A DNA stretch of 56,671 nucleotides from a virus (Duplodnaviria; Caudoviricetes). Made by a program: the position numbers and the translations under genes. Position 1 is the first letter of the stretch. Each line of letters begins with the position of its first letter. The DNA is taken from the IMG/VR virus record IMGVR_UViG_3300014838_000024, positions 1 to 56,671 of that record. One strand, given 5' to 3'. The notes beneath the pieces were generated by a model that made no database searches, had not been told where the DNA came from, and worked only from the letters and a program-made list of their open reading frames with translations. This document shows positions 1 through 8,373 of this stretch, one piece after another.

Positions 1-228
1 CCCATCATTGATCACTTCGGTGATCGCAATTGTCGGCTCATCAGGATTCGAGCCGAAGCACGAGGTTGCTCGTTCGAGAAGGACTCTCGCTCGTACATAC
101 AACTGCCGATCAAAACCCTCGATTTGCCTAATGATCAGGATCAAGAGCACTTCCTGATTCTTGGGCATCACATAATCAGGGAAATGCTGGACATCATCCA
201 GGAGGAGTTCGCTTATGCTCACTCGTGA
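1..228 (+). CDS. Partial CDS (5' truncated), possibly a deoxynucleoside monophosphate kinase-like protein
   Basis: Frame 1 is open from base 1 to TGA at 226-228. It reads ...LIRIRAEARGCSFEKDSRSYI..., resembling the C-terminal R-x-GC-x-F-x-x-DSRSYI motif of phage dNMP-kinase-like proteins, and overlaps the next start codon. Confidence 0.45.
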   Translation, partial: PIIDHFGDRNCRLIRIRAEARGCSFEKDSRSYIQLPIKTLDLPNDQDQEHFLILGHHIIREMLDIIQEEFAYAHS

Positions 229-907
229 GATGGTCGAGAATGCCCTCCCCTCAAATCTGAGGGGGGCGGCAACTCAGGCTTTTACAGATCAGATCAACAA
301 CCTGGTCCAAGATCCAATCGTCGCCGAGCAGATCAGGAACAACTTCGTGAGTTATACGAAGGTGCTTCAGGATGGCCGGTTCAAGACGGAGGATTACCTC
401 CACGCAGTCGCCTATGTCTCGTTCAAGCACATGGGCTACACGAACCAGGACGCCTACTGCAAGACGTTTCCACATCGTCACGCGATCTTGGTCGCAAAGG
501 GAATTTCTGCGAAGGATCTCTCGTCCTATGTGAGCGCCTACCACCACAATAAATTGGTGAATATGGTGATGGAACAATCACTTGTTCCTATGTGGATCAT
601 CAACCAGGATGCTTACCAGAAGGCGATCAACGCCCAAATGGACATCATGGACAACAGCATGTCCGACATGGCTCGAACAGCTGCTGCGAATTCGATCCTC
701 ACCCATTTGGCCAAACCAAAAGAAGCCGCTGTCAATTTGAGCCTTCATATGCCCGAGACTTCTGGGATGCTCGAGATGCGGGAGATGCTGCGACAGCTCG
801 CTCAAAACCAGCAACAAGCTATCGAGGCTGGAATGTCGCCTCGAGAGATCGCCGGCCAGAAGCTGATCGACGTGACCCCAAACCCACCAGAAAAGAGTGA
901 GCTATAA
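215..907 (+). CDS. N4 gp69-like conserved protein (putative terminase small subunit)
   Basis: 230 aa, GGAGGAG RBS, TAATG overlap with the large terminase. Position and sequence style match N4-like phages. Confidence 0.7.
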   Translation: MLTREMVENALPSNLRGAATQAFTDQINNLVQDPIVAEQIRNNFVSYTKVLQDGRFKTEDYLHAVAYVSFKHMGYTNQDAYCKTFPHRHAILVAKGISAKDLSSYVSAYHHNKLVNMVMEQSLVPMWIINQDAYQKAINAQMDIMDNSMSDMARTAAANSILTHLAKPKEAAVNLSLHMPETSGMLEMREMLRQLAQNQQQAIEAGMSPREIAGQKLIDVTPNPPEKSEL

Positions 908-2496
908 TGGAGCTCCTCAAGCAAGAACTCGACGAATGGCTCGATAGCGTCTCGTACAAGGATCTAAACGCTTCGAGCTATATGCCGAGTGACTTCGCAC
1001 TTACGTTCATGAACTTCATCAAGCTCGTGAATGGCAAAGAAGGTGAGTCGCATAAGACGCCTCCTGTGCATTTGAAGATGCTGGACAAGCTCGTTGAGGA
1101 CTCGCCCTATGTGGCGAATCTCTGTTTCCGTGGAGCAGCTAAAACCACACTCTTCATGGAATACTTCGTGCTCTTCCTGGCGTTCTATGGGTTTCTGCCT
1201 GGGTTCGGTAAAGTCGAGGGCATGATCTACGTGTCTGACTCCATGGAAAATGGTGTCAAAAGCGCCAGGAAGAACATCGAGTTTCGCTATAACAACTCTG
1301 ACTTCCTTCAGTACTGGATCCCGACAGCACACTTTACAGACAACTACATGGAATTCACTGGTCGAGAGGGAAACCGTCTAGGCGTGAAGATGTTCGGCGC
1401 TAAAACAGGTCTTCGAGGCACCAAGATCTTTGGAAAACGCCCTACGATCGCTGTGCTGGATGATCTGGTGAGCGATGACGATTCGAAGTCCCGCACCTCG
1501 ATGGAAGCCATAAAAGACACGGTTTACAAGGGTGTAAATCACGCTCTGGATCCCACGAGACGCAAAGTCATTTTCAATGGGACGCCATTTTCCAAGGAAG
1601 ACATTCTGATCGAGGCTGTCGAATCGGGTGCTTGGGATGTGAACGTCTGGCCGGTGTGTGAGAGGTTTCCCTGCACGCGCGAAGAGTTCATCGGAGCCTG
1701 GGAAGATCGTTTCATGTTCGATTACGTGCAACAACAATATGATATGGCCCTCAAGACGGGTAAACTCGCTGGCTTCTACCAGGAGTTGATGCTCAGAATC
1801 ACCTCTGCTGAAGACCGATTGATCCAAGACGAAGAGATCAAATGGTACTCTCGGGAGCAGCTACTCAACAACAAGAACACTTTCAATTTTTATATCACCA
1901 CGGACGTAGCGACTTCCACCAAACAAAAAGCCGACTTCTCTGTGATAAGTGTCTGGGCTTATAACCATTTGGGACACTGGTTTTGGGTGGACGGCATCTG
2001 TGAGCGACAGACGATCGACAAGACCTGGAATGATCTCTTCCGTCTGGTGAGTGAGTACAGACCTCAATCGGTTGGCATCGAAGTGACGGGGCAGCAACAA
2101 GCTTATGTGAGGCTTCTTCAATCTGAGCAGATGAATCGGAACATCTGGTTTACCTTCGCCAGCTCTGAGAAGAACAATGAGCCTGGCATCCGACCCACCA
2201 TCGACAAATTGTCTCGGTTGAACCTTGTAGTTCCTTGGTTCAAAGCCGGAGGCATGTACTTTCCTGAAGAAATGCGTCATTCTGTGATCATAGGGCACTT
2301 CCTCCAGCAGATCCGACTGGCCACCAAGAACGGACTGAAGGGCAAGGACGATTGTCTCGATACAATCTCGATGCTTGGCTACATGAAACCTTGGAAACCT
2401 TCTGAGTCGTCTCCTTTAATGGGGCACGAGGATGGTCCTTGGGAAGATGAGTCGCACGAAGCTGACAACAGCCCGCTCTCTGCCTACATTGTGTGA
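907..2496 (+). CDS. terL: Terminase large subunit (N4 gp68-like)
   Basis: Walker A-like CFRGAAKTT, Walker B VLDDL, coupling motif FNGTP, and nuclease motifs ITTDVA, DFSVISVW and DDCLDTISML. Confidence 0.95.
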   Translation: MELLKQELDEWLDSVSYKDLNASSYMPSDFALTFMNFIKLVNGKEGESHKTPPVHLKMLDKLVEDSPYVANLCFRGAAKTTLFMEYFVLFLAFYGFLPGFGKVEGMIYVSDSMENGVKSARKNIEFRYNNSDFLQYWIPTAHFTDNYMEFTGREGNRLGVKMFGAKTGLRGTKIFGKRPTIAVLDDLVSDDDSKSRTSMEAIKDTVYKGVNHALDPTRRKVIFNGTPFSKEDILIEAVESGAWDVNVWPVCERFPCTREEFIGAWEDRFMFDYVQQQYDMALKTGKLAGFYQELMLRITSAEDRLIQDEEIKWYSREQLLNNKNTFNFYITTDVATSTKQKADFSVISVWAYNHLGHWFWVDGICERQTIDKTWNDLFRLVSEYRPQSVGIEVTGQQQAYVRLLQSEQMNRNIWFTFASSEKNNEPGIRPTIDKLSRLNLVVPWFKAGGMYFPEEMRHSVIIGHFLQQIRLATKNGLKGKDDCLDTISMLGYMKPWKPSESSPLMGHEDGPWEDESHEADNSPLSAYIV

Positions 2497-2502
2497 GGAC
2501 AT

Positions 2503-3213
2503 ATGCTCGTTTCAGATCTCTTCAGTAAGCTCTCTTTCGGAGAGCTCTCGAACCTGGCTATGTCAGGCAATGGCAGTGGTACGATCGTCACGGCTCAACA
2601 GCCTAAGCTGATCGGTTATGCCAATGATGGCCTCCTTCGGTTGCACACGAAGTTCGTCCTCAAGGAGAACGATCTCCTGTTGCAGCTGTACGAGCACATC
2701 ACGTTCTATCACCTGATCCCGAGGTTCTCGATCCAATACACTCCTCCGGTTGGGACGGTTAATGAGCCTATTCGCTACATCTTGGATTTGCCGGAAGAGC
2801 CTTTCAATGATGAATTGCTGAAGGTTACTACAATATATGATCATCTTGGAATGGAGATCCCACTTAATAACGAAGAGAAGCATAATTCGTGCTTCACTCC
2901 ACAGGTAAAGCTGCTACAAGTTCCTAACCCGGTGGATGAAAAGTTCCTCACGGTTCGGTATCAACAGCGTCACGCCAAACTTACAGGTGACTTGGAGCAA
3001 TATATCTCTCTCCCTGTATCGCTCGAAGAGGCGCTGACATCGTTTATCGCGTTCAAAGTGTTCAGCCACATGAACACAGCTGATAGCAACTCGAAAGCTC
3101 AAGAGTTCAATCAGACGTTTGAACAGCTCTGTGGTGAAGTGACGGACAGGGATCTGGTCAGTTCCAGCATATCTCAGTCCAACATCCGGTTTAGTAGAGG
3201 AGGTTGGGTCTGA
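2503..3213 (+). CDS. N4 gp67-like virion (head-tail adaptor) protein
   Basis: 236 aa directly after TerL, with LSFGELSNL N-terminus and RFSRGGWV C-terminus as in N4-like gp67. Confidence 0.75.
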   Translation: MLVSDLFSKLSFGELSNLAMSGNGSGTIVTAQQPKLIGYANDGLLRLHTKFVLKENDLLLQLYEHITFYHLIPRFSIQYTPPVGTVNEPIRYILDLPEEPFNDELLKVTTIYDHLGMEIPLNNEEKHNSCFTPQVKLLQVPNPVDEKFLTVRYQQRHAKLTGDLEQYISLPVSLEEALTSFIAFKVFSHMNTADSNSKAQEFNQTFEQLCGEVTDRDLVSSSISQSNIRFSRGGWV

Positions 3214-3560
3214 TGGGACTATGCGAAACCACCAATTATTTCGGCGGCCTTGGAGGTGAAACCCCTGGCAGGCCATACAGCTATGGGCAGGGAGGTTATC
3301 TCCAACCCTATGGTGGCGCTCGGTTTGCGCCCATGGTTGACCGACTCATTGGCAATGCTTTCCCCACTGTGAAGTTCGTCGCCGACAACATGGATTATAT
3401 CCGGTATGTCGCGGACAACATGCTAGCGATCGTCACTCTGGCCGAATCCCAGGCAACTCAGATAGCCACGCTTCAAGCGCAGATATTGGTGCTTCAAGCT
3501 CTGGTGGTCCCGAGTTCTCCGACGATTGTAGCCCCTGCTCTCTCCATGAGTTCAGATTGA
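3213..3560 (+). CDS. Truncated tail-fibre/appendage anchor protein (resembles the N-terminus of N4-like gp66)
   Basis: ATG at 3213 overlaps the gp67 stop (TGATG). MVDRLIGNAFPTVKFVADNMDYIRYVADNM resembles the virion-attachment N-terminus of N4-like tail fibres. It is followed by a short heptad segment and a stop after about 115 aa. Confidence 0.6.
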   Translation: MGLCETTNYFGGLGGETPGRPYSYGQGGYLQPYGGARFAPMVDRLIGNAFPTVKFVADNMDYIRYVADNMLAIVTLAESQATQIATLQAQILVLQALVVPSSPTIVAPALSMSSD

Positions 3561-3581
3561 GTTCGGATTGAGGAGAGCACA

Positions 3582-3953
3582 ATGGCCGAGGTGATCACGC
3601 CATATGAAACTCTGGAGGCGTTCCTCGTCGCTAATCCAGCGTCGAACCACTCCAGTTATGTGCTGACTCCTCCTCCAGCTCTCTTCTCCATTGGTGTCTA
3701 TGTCTCTGACGCTATACTTGAGCCGGTTCCGGGTGGGTTGAGTGTCTCTGTAGCAGATGCAGTGCTGGAACCTGTCGGTGGAACTGGTCCTCAACTAGCT
3801 TTTGGAGTCCCTTCACTCTCGTTCGCTTCCACAGCAGTGGGAGCCAATATCAACTTGACGGTGACAATCTCCAATCCGGGGACCGCCGATCTTGTGATCA
3901 GTTCACTGATCCCAACAGGTGACTTCACCGTCGCCACAATCGTAGAGGACTAA
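3582..3953 (+). CDS. Putative adaptor/scaffold protein: two tandem beta-strand repeats plus the N-terminal half of an ASH (choice-of-anchor D) Ig-like domain
   Basis: GAGGAG RBS; repeats GVYVSDAILEPV and SVSVADAVLEPV; C-terminus PSLSFASTAVG...TVTISNPGTADLVISSLIPTGDF. Confidence 0.65.
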   Translation: MAEVITPYETLEAFLVANPASNHSSYVLTPPPALFSIGVYVSDAILEPVPGGLSVSVADAVLEPVGGTGPQLAFGVPSLSFASTAVGANINLTVTISNPGTADLVISSLIPTGDFTVATIVED

Positions 3954-3957
3954 AGTT

Positions 3958-4374
3958 ATGGCGAATGCAGTCTATCCGAACTTCCGTAATGTTCTGCTCT
4001 CTCCGGGTGTGAACCTGGCGACGGCAGCTATCAAAGCCTGTCTTGTCACGCTCACCACGGGTACGACCAACTACACCTACTCGGCGGCCCATGCCAATCT
4101 GAGCGATGTCGCTTCGGGTTCGATCTTCGTTGCTGGTGTGGCTCTCACCTCCTTGGCGGTTTCTGCTCAGGCGCTGACCGCTGCTTCTGTCGTGTGGCCT
4201 TCGGTCGCAGTATCCGGCTCCAAGAAAGCCGAAGCGATCATTCTCTACATCGACACCGGCACGGGGAGCACTTCGACCCTGATCGGCTACATCGACACGG
4301 CCACTGGTTTGCCGGCTACGCCAACGGGTCAGAACATCACGCTGAATTGGTCTTCGTCCGTCCTGACCGACTAA
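3958..4374 (+). CDS. Small beta-rich virion fibre subunit
   Basis: 138 aa. MANAVY...AIKACLV...AEAIILYIDTG...TSTLIGYIDTATGLPATPTGQNITLNW matches a widespread family of small phage tail/fibre proteins. Confidence 0.6.
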   Translation: MANAVYPNFRNVLLSPGVNLATAAIKACLVTLTTGTTNYTYSAAHANLSDVASGSIFVAGVALTSLAVSAQALTAASVVWPSVAVSGSKKAEAIILYIDTGTGSTSTLIGYIDTATGLPATPTGQNITLNWSSSVLTD

Positions 4375-4404
4375 AGCTCGTCTCTCTGATCTGAAAACGA
4401 GCAC

Positions 4405-6330
4405 ATGACCGCACCCACAGTCGTAAGTTCTGCGTATCATCCTTGGACTGGCGCTTATCCGCTGGCCTCATCGAACACGTTTGACTCGACTGGCTGCGAT
4501 GGTGTGCTCGTTTTCTTTTTCACCCTTACGGGTGCTTCTTGGACACCTCCTCCGTCTTGTACCTATTTGGGACAGACGGCTACGCTTATTGGTCAGAGCT
4601 ATGTTTCGTCGCAGACTTCTGCGGGAACGCTCTATGCCTATATTGTTCGAGGTTTCACCCCCGGTTCCGGCACGCTTTCGGTCGCTCAGAGCTCGAATTA
4701 CGCTGACTCGGGCTGCGTCTACATCATTGGTCTGACTGGCACCCAAGCCACGCCAATTGGCAACTCGATCGTTCATGTTAGCGCCAGCCCGTCCGACACA
4801 CAGTCGGTCACTGCGTCTGCTGCCAATTCGCTCTTCATTGTGTTCGGTGGCGATGCTCAGGCCCCGTCGATCACGGTCACGCCTCCTTCGGGAGCGACAG
4901 CACTTCTCAACAACACCACAGCGACAAACAACCTGGGTAAGGTTCACAGCGTTACTGGTGTTTCTTCCGGAGCCAGTGTCTCCGAAACTTCGACGGCTCC
5001 TTACAACTACACTTCAACTGCCGTCATTGAAGTGCTTGGTTCTGGTGGTGGTTCTGGCATAAGCTTGACGCTGACGACACCTCTCTCGATTACGCCTGCC
5101 TTGGGCGCTGAGACGGTGACGATCCCGATCATTGTGAGCGCCAGTCCTCTGTCTTTGAGCCCGGCTCAGCTTTCAGGCAGTGTCACAGCACCTCTCGCCA
5201 TCACAACTTCGCCCTTGGCTTTGACCCTGGGACAAGGTGCAGGCACGGTTCTCGATCCTGTAGGGATCACGTCTGGACCCTTGAACCTTAGTGTTCTTCT
5301 TGGTTCAGGCGATAGCGTCACTCTCCCAATCATCATAAATTCTGGGCCTCTGAGTGTTCTCACTCAGCTGACGACACCGAGCTATTTGAGCTTCCCGCCG
5401 ATGGTGGCTGGGCCTCTTGCTTTGAGCGTTGTCCAAGACGCTGGAAATGTGATCCAGCCGCCTCAGATCTCGTCTGGGCCTCTCTCGTTGAGCGTTGGCA
5501 ATGGCGCTGGAAGCGTTCTCGTCACGCCGGTCATTTACTCCTACGGCCTAAATTTGAGTGTCGGGTTTATTCCCGGTGTTCCCAGTGTGATAACGCCTCC
5601 ACTGATCACCACGGCACCACTTTCGATCTCACCTCTGATGGACGCATCTGCGGTGATTGTTTTCCCTGACAACATCATCTCATGGCCATTGTCGTTGAGC
5701 ATAGGGTTCCCTGGACCCAGCAACGTAATCACTCCAGCCGTGATCACGGCTACGGCTTTGAATGTGGCTGTGAACAACCACGTTGGTGAAGTCGATGTCG
5801 CCATTGTGATCCAAGCTCCTCCTTTGTCGCTCTCGTTGGGGAACGGTTCGGGAAGCATCGCCATTCCGGTGGCTGTCTACAGTGCTCCCTTGAGTCTGAG
5901 TCTCGGGCTCACGCCGTTGAACATCATGGCACCAGTCTTGATCGTTGTGCCGCCTTTAAGTTTGTCTGTGCTCTCTTACACGGGTACGATCACAGACCCC
6001 TTGGGCATCTATGCAATCCCGCTGTCGCTCACCCTCGGGCTTCAGGTGGACACGATCATCCAGATCCCTCCTCCGATTCAAGCTCCGGCTTTGAATCTTG
6101 GGATCAATTTGACCCCTGGATACGTTTCGGACCCGGTGGGGATCTATACATTCCCGCTCTCTATATCCGTTGGTCTAGGTTCAGTGAACCTTCCAATCAA
6201 TCTCTTTGTCGATCCTCTGAAACTCTCCTGGGGTCGAGTTCCTCCTGTGTATGTTGATGCACCCAATCTGAACATCTTGGTCGGGCTTCAACATCCATTC
6301 ACTCATCCTCCGACAGTCGTAGTAGGTTAA
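4405..6330 (+). CDS. Fibre protein: N-terminal beta-rich (putative receptor-binding) domain, then about 18-19 degenerate 22-aa repeats
   Basis: About 210-aa S/T-rich globular domain, GSGGGSG linker, then repeats of xxxPLSLS(V/L)GxGxGSVxxPxxI. Almost no charged residues. Confidence 0.65.
   Translation: MTAPTVVSSAYHPWTGAYPLASSNTFDSTGCDGVLVFFFTLTGASWTPPPSCTYLGQTATLIGQSYVSSQTSAGTLYAYIVRGFTPGSGTLSVAQSSNYADSGCVYIIGLTGTQATPIGNSIVHVSASPSDTQSVTASAANSLFIVFGGDAQAPSITVTPPSGATALLNNTTATNNLGKVHSVTGVSSGASVSETSTAPYNYTSTAVIEVLGSGGGSGISLTLTTPLSITPALGAETVTIPIIVSASPLSLSPAQLSGSVTAPLAITTSPLALTLGQGAGTVLDPVGITSGPLNLSVLLGSGDSVTLPIIINSGPLSVLTQLTTPSYLSFPPMVAGPLALSVVQDAGNVIQPPQISSGPLSLSVGNGAGSVLVTPVIYSYGLNLSVGFIPGVPSVITPPLITTAPLSISPLMDASAVIVFPDNIISWPLSLSIGFPGPSNVITPAVITATALNVAVNNHVGEVDVAIVIQAPPLSLSLGNGSGSIAIPVAVYSAPLSLSLGLTPLNIMAPVLIVVPPLSLSVLSYTGTITDPLGIYAIPLSLTLGLQVDTIIQIPPPIQAPALNLGINLTPGYVSDPVGIYTFPLSISVGLGSVNLPINLFVDPLKLSWGRVPPVYVDAPNLNILVGLQHPFTHPPTVVVG
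5070..6290 (+). repeat. Degenerate protein-level tandem repeat (about 66 nt / 22 aa)
   Basis: Units such as TSGPLNLSVLLGSGDSVTLPIII, SSGPLSLSVGNGAGSVLVTPVI, QAPPLSLSLGNGSGSIAIPVAV and YSAPLSLSLGLTPLNIMAPVLI. Confidence 0.85.
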
Positions 6331-6331
6331 C

Positions 6332-6583
6332 ATGACCTGGACTCCAGGAAGCGCAGTAACTCCTCCGCTTACAATTCCCGCTGGTGAGAGCGTCACTGTG
6401 ACGGTGAAGTTCACCCCAACGGTGGCTGGAGCTCAGACTGGCTCGCTTGGAATAATGTCCAATGCTCCTTCAAGTCCAGATGCTCTACCTTTGTCAGGTA
6501 CTGGAACCAGTGGGACTACACCTGCACCAGCAGTTTCCCTTTCGGTCACTTCGTTGACCTTCCCCAGCACGGCGGTTGGATAA
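6332..6583 (+). CDS. Small linker protein: C-terminal half of one ASH domain plus the first strands of the next
   Basis: LTIPAGESVTVTVKFTPTVAGAQTGSLGIMSNAPSSPDALPLSGTG, then PAVSLSVTSLTFPSTAVG*. Confidence 0.7.
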   Translation: MTWTPGSAVTPPLTIPAGESVTVTVKFTPTVAGAQTGSLGIMSNAPSSPDALPLSGTGTSGTTPAPAVSLSVTSLTFPSTAVG

Positions 6584-8010
6584 TGGCTACTTCGGCTTCT
6601 CAGCGGATCACGCTTACAAACACCGGCACTGCTCCCTTGGTGATCTCTGGGATCACAGCTACGGGTGATTTTGCCGATGTCACCGACTATTCCGTGTCGG
6701 TTCTCGCTGGCGGTGTCTGCCATATCGACGTGACTTTCACTCCCCTAGCTGTGGGTTCTCGAACAGGTACGATCTCAATCGCCTCCAATGCGCCTGGATC
6801 TCCTCATGTCGTGACCTTGGGAGGCACAGCAGTTCCTGCGGTTTTGCCAAGGGTCTCTGCCTTGGGAAATCAGTTCATGGCTGCCGGTGCTCCCATTCGT
6901 TTGAAGAGCATCAATTGGACTGGTGGCGAAGGCACCAATTATGCGCCTCATGCTTTGTGGGCTCGTTCTTGGAAGAGCCAGCTCGATCAGTTCAAAGCCA
7001 TGGGTTTCAATTGCTTGAGGTTCCAGCTTTCTGGTGACTTCTGTGCGAATCCCTTGATCACATCCACAGCTATTGATCCCACGAAAAACCCTGATGTTGT
7101 GGGCCTTACGACCTTGGCTTTCTTGGATCTGATTGTCGCCTACTGCAACACGATCGGCATGTATATCGTGCTTGATCATCACAGGTGTTTTGCCTCTGGA
7201 GGCACAGGCACCGATGGTTGGCCAATGGCCGGTGGGGCAACTGGCTCTTATAGCCAGGCCCAGTGGATCACCCACTGGTCAGTGCTCGCCACTCGATATG
7301 CTTCCAGCACGGTGGTCATTGGTGCTGACGTTCACAACGAGCCCTATGCGATTGAGTGGGCTTATTGGGCTCCGATGGTTGAAGCCTGCGGTAATGCTAT
7401 CTTGGCGATTGCGCCAAATTGGCTGATCTTCGTCGAGGGTGACACCAATTGGACTGGTGCAGCTTATTACCCCACAGCAACGCTGACGAGCGACTCGATC
7501 TGGTGGGGTGGGCAGCTTATTGGCGCTCAGCCTGGCAACCGACCCATTGTGCTCTCGTCTCCCAATCATGTGGTCTATGCGCCTCACGAGTATGGAACAT
7601 CTGTATCTGGCCAGACTTGGCTGGCAACCTCATCGAGCGCACCTACTGGGTGGCCAAACAACCTTCAACCGATGTGGAGACAGCATTGGGGTTGGGCTTT
7701 CGAACAGAACATCGCTCCGATCTGGGTTGGTGAGTTCGGAGGACAGTTTGGTTTCGCCAATGCGACAGGTGCAGCCAATGGCAATGCCAATGCACCCACA
7801 GAGATCGTCTGGCTACAGACACTCATGAAGTATTTGAATGGTGATTGGAACGGAGACGGCACCAATCATCTCACTGGTTCGCAGTTGGGTATGTCATTTG
7901 CCTACTGGAATGACATGCTGAGCGGTGATACAGGGTCTCTAGTCATCGACAACGATCTCACAACGCCTCAGAGTGGCAAACTAGCCCTCCTCACCCCGCT
8001 CATCCCGTAA
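6583..8010 (+). CDS. GH5 endoglucanase (cellulase) with an N-terminally incomplete ASH Ig-like domain
   Basis: GH5 motifs: INWTGGE, MGFNCLRF, IVLDHH, DVHNEP (acid/base Glu), NWLIFVEG, WWGG, VVYAPHEYG, PIWVGEFGG (nucleophile Glu), SGDTG. No signal peptide. Confidence 0.93.
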   Translation: MATSASQRITLTNTGTAPLVISGITATGDFADVTDYSVSVLAGGVCHIDVTFTPLAVGSRTGTISIASNAPGSPHVVTLGGTAVPAVLPRVSALGNQFMAAGAPIRLKSINWTGGEGTNYAPHALWARSWKSQLDQFKAMGFNCLRFQLSGDFCANPLITSTAIDPTKNPDVVGLTTLAFLDLIVAYCNTIGMYIVLDHHRCFASGGTGTDGWPMAGGATGSYSQAQWITHWSVLATRYASSTVVIGADVHNEPYAIEWAYWAPMVEACGNAILAIAPNWLIFVEGDTNWTGAAYYPTATLTSDSIWWGGQLIGAQPGNRPIVLSSPNHVVYAPHEYGTSVSGQTWLATSSSAPTGWPNNLQPMWRQHWGWAFEQNIAPIWVGEFGGQFGFANATGAANGNANAPTEIVWLQTLMKYLNGDWNGDGTNHLTGSQLGMSFAYWNDMLSGDTGSLVIDNDLTTPQSGKLALLTPLIP

Positions 8011-8019
8011 GAGGGCTCC

Positions 8020-8370
8020 ATGACAACCGCACAAGAAGCCAACTTCACTGTTACTCTGACCCCTGCTCCTACGGTTACAGTGCTGCTCAACTACACCACA
8101 AGGGATGGAACGGCCACTGCTGCCAGCGGAGCTTACACTTTAACTTCAGGAGTGTTGACCTTTGCTCCAGGTGAAACCGTGAAACACGTCATTGTTCCGG
8201 TCAGTCTGCCTCTTGCGCCAGGTTCTGCCGCTGAACTCTTCTATCTCGATGTGACTTGGCCTTCTGGTTCGGTTAACACGATCACACGCAGTCCAGGTAT
8301 TTGTAACCTTCCAGGCAATACAACTACCCCACTGCCTTCTGTCTCTATCTCTAGTCCTTCGGTGGTGTGA
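8020..8370 (+). CDS. Calx-beta domain protein lacking its first strand and ending in a Calx-beta-like first strand
   Basis: FTVTL...VLLNYTTRDGTATAASGAY...SGVLTFAPGETVKHVIVPV; C-terminus LPSVSISSPSVV. Confidence 0.85.
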   Translation: MTTAQEANFTVTLTPAPTVTVLLNYTTRDGTATAASGAYTLTSGVLTFAPGETVKHVIVPVSLPLAPGSAAELFYLDVTWPSGSVNTITRSPGICNLPGNTTTPLPSVSISSPSVV

Positions 8371-8373
8371 TCC

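Noticed and set aside
5070-6290. CRISPR array or diversity-generating retroelement repeat
   Set aside because: The repeats are degenerate and protein-level only. No identical DNA repeats or reverse transcriptase were seen.
3213-8370. Pseudogene decay of one large tail gene
   Set aside because: The fragments have RBS-like sites or coupled starts, the breaks fall at loop positions, and the catalytic residues are intact. Not formally excluded without relatives.
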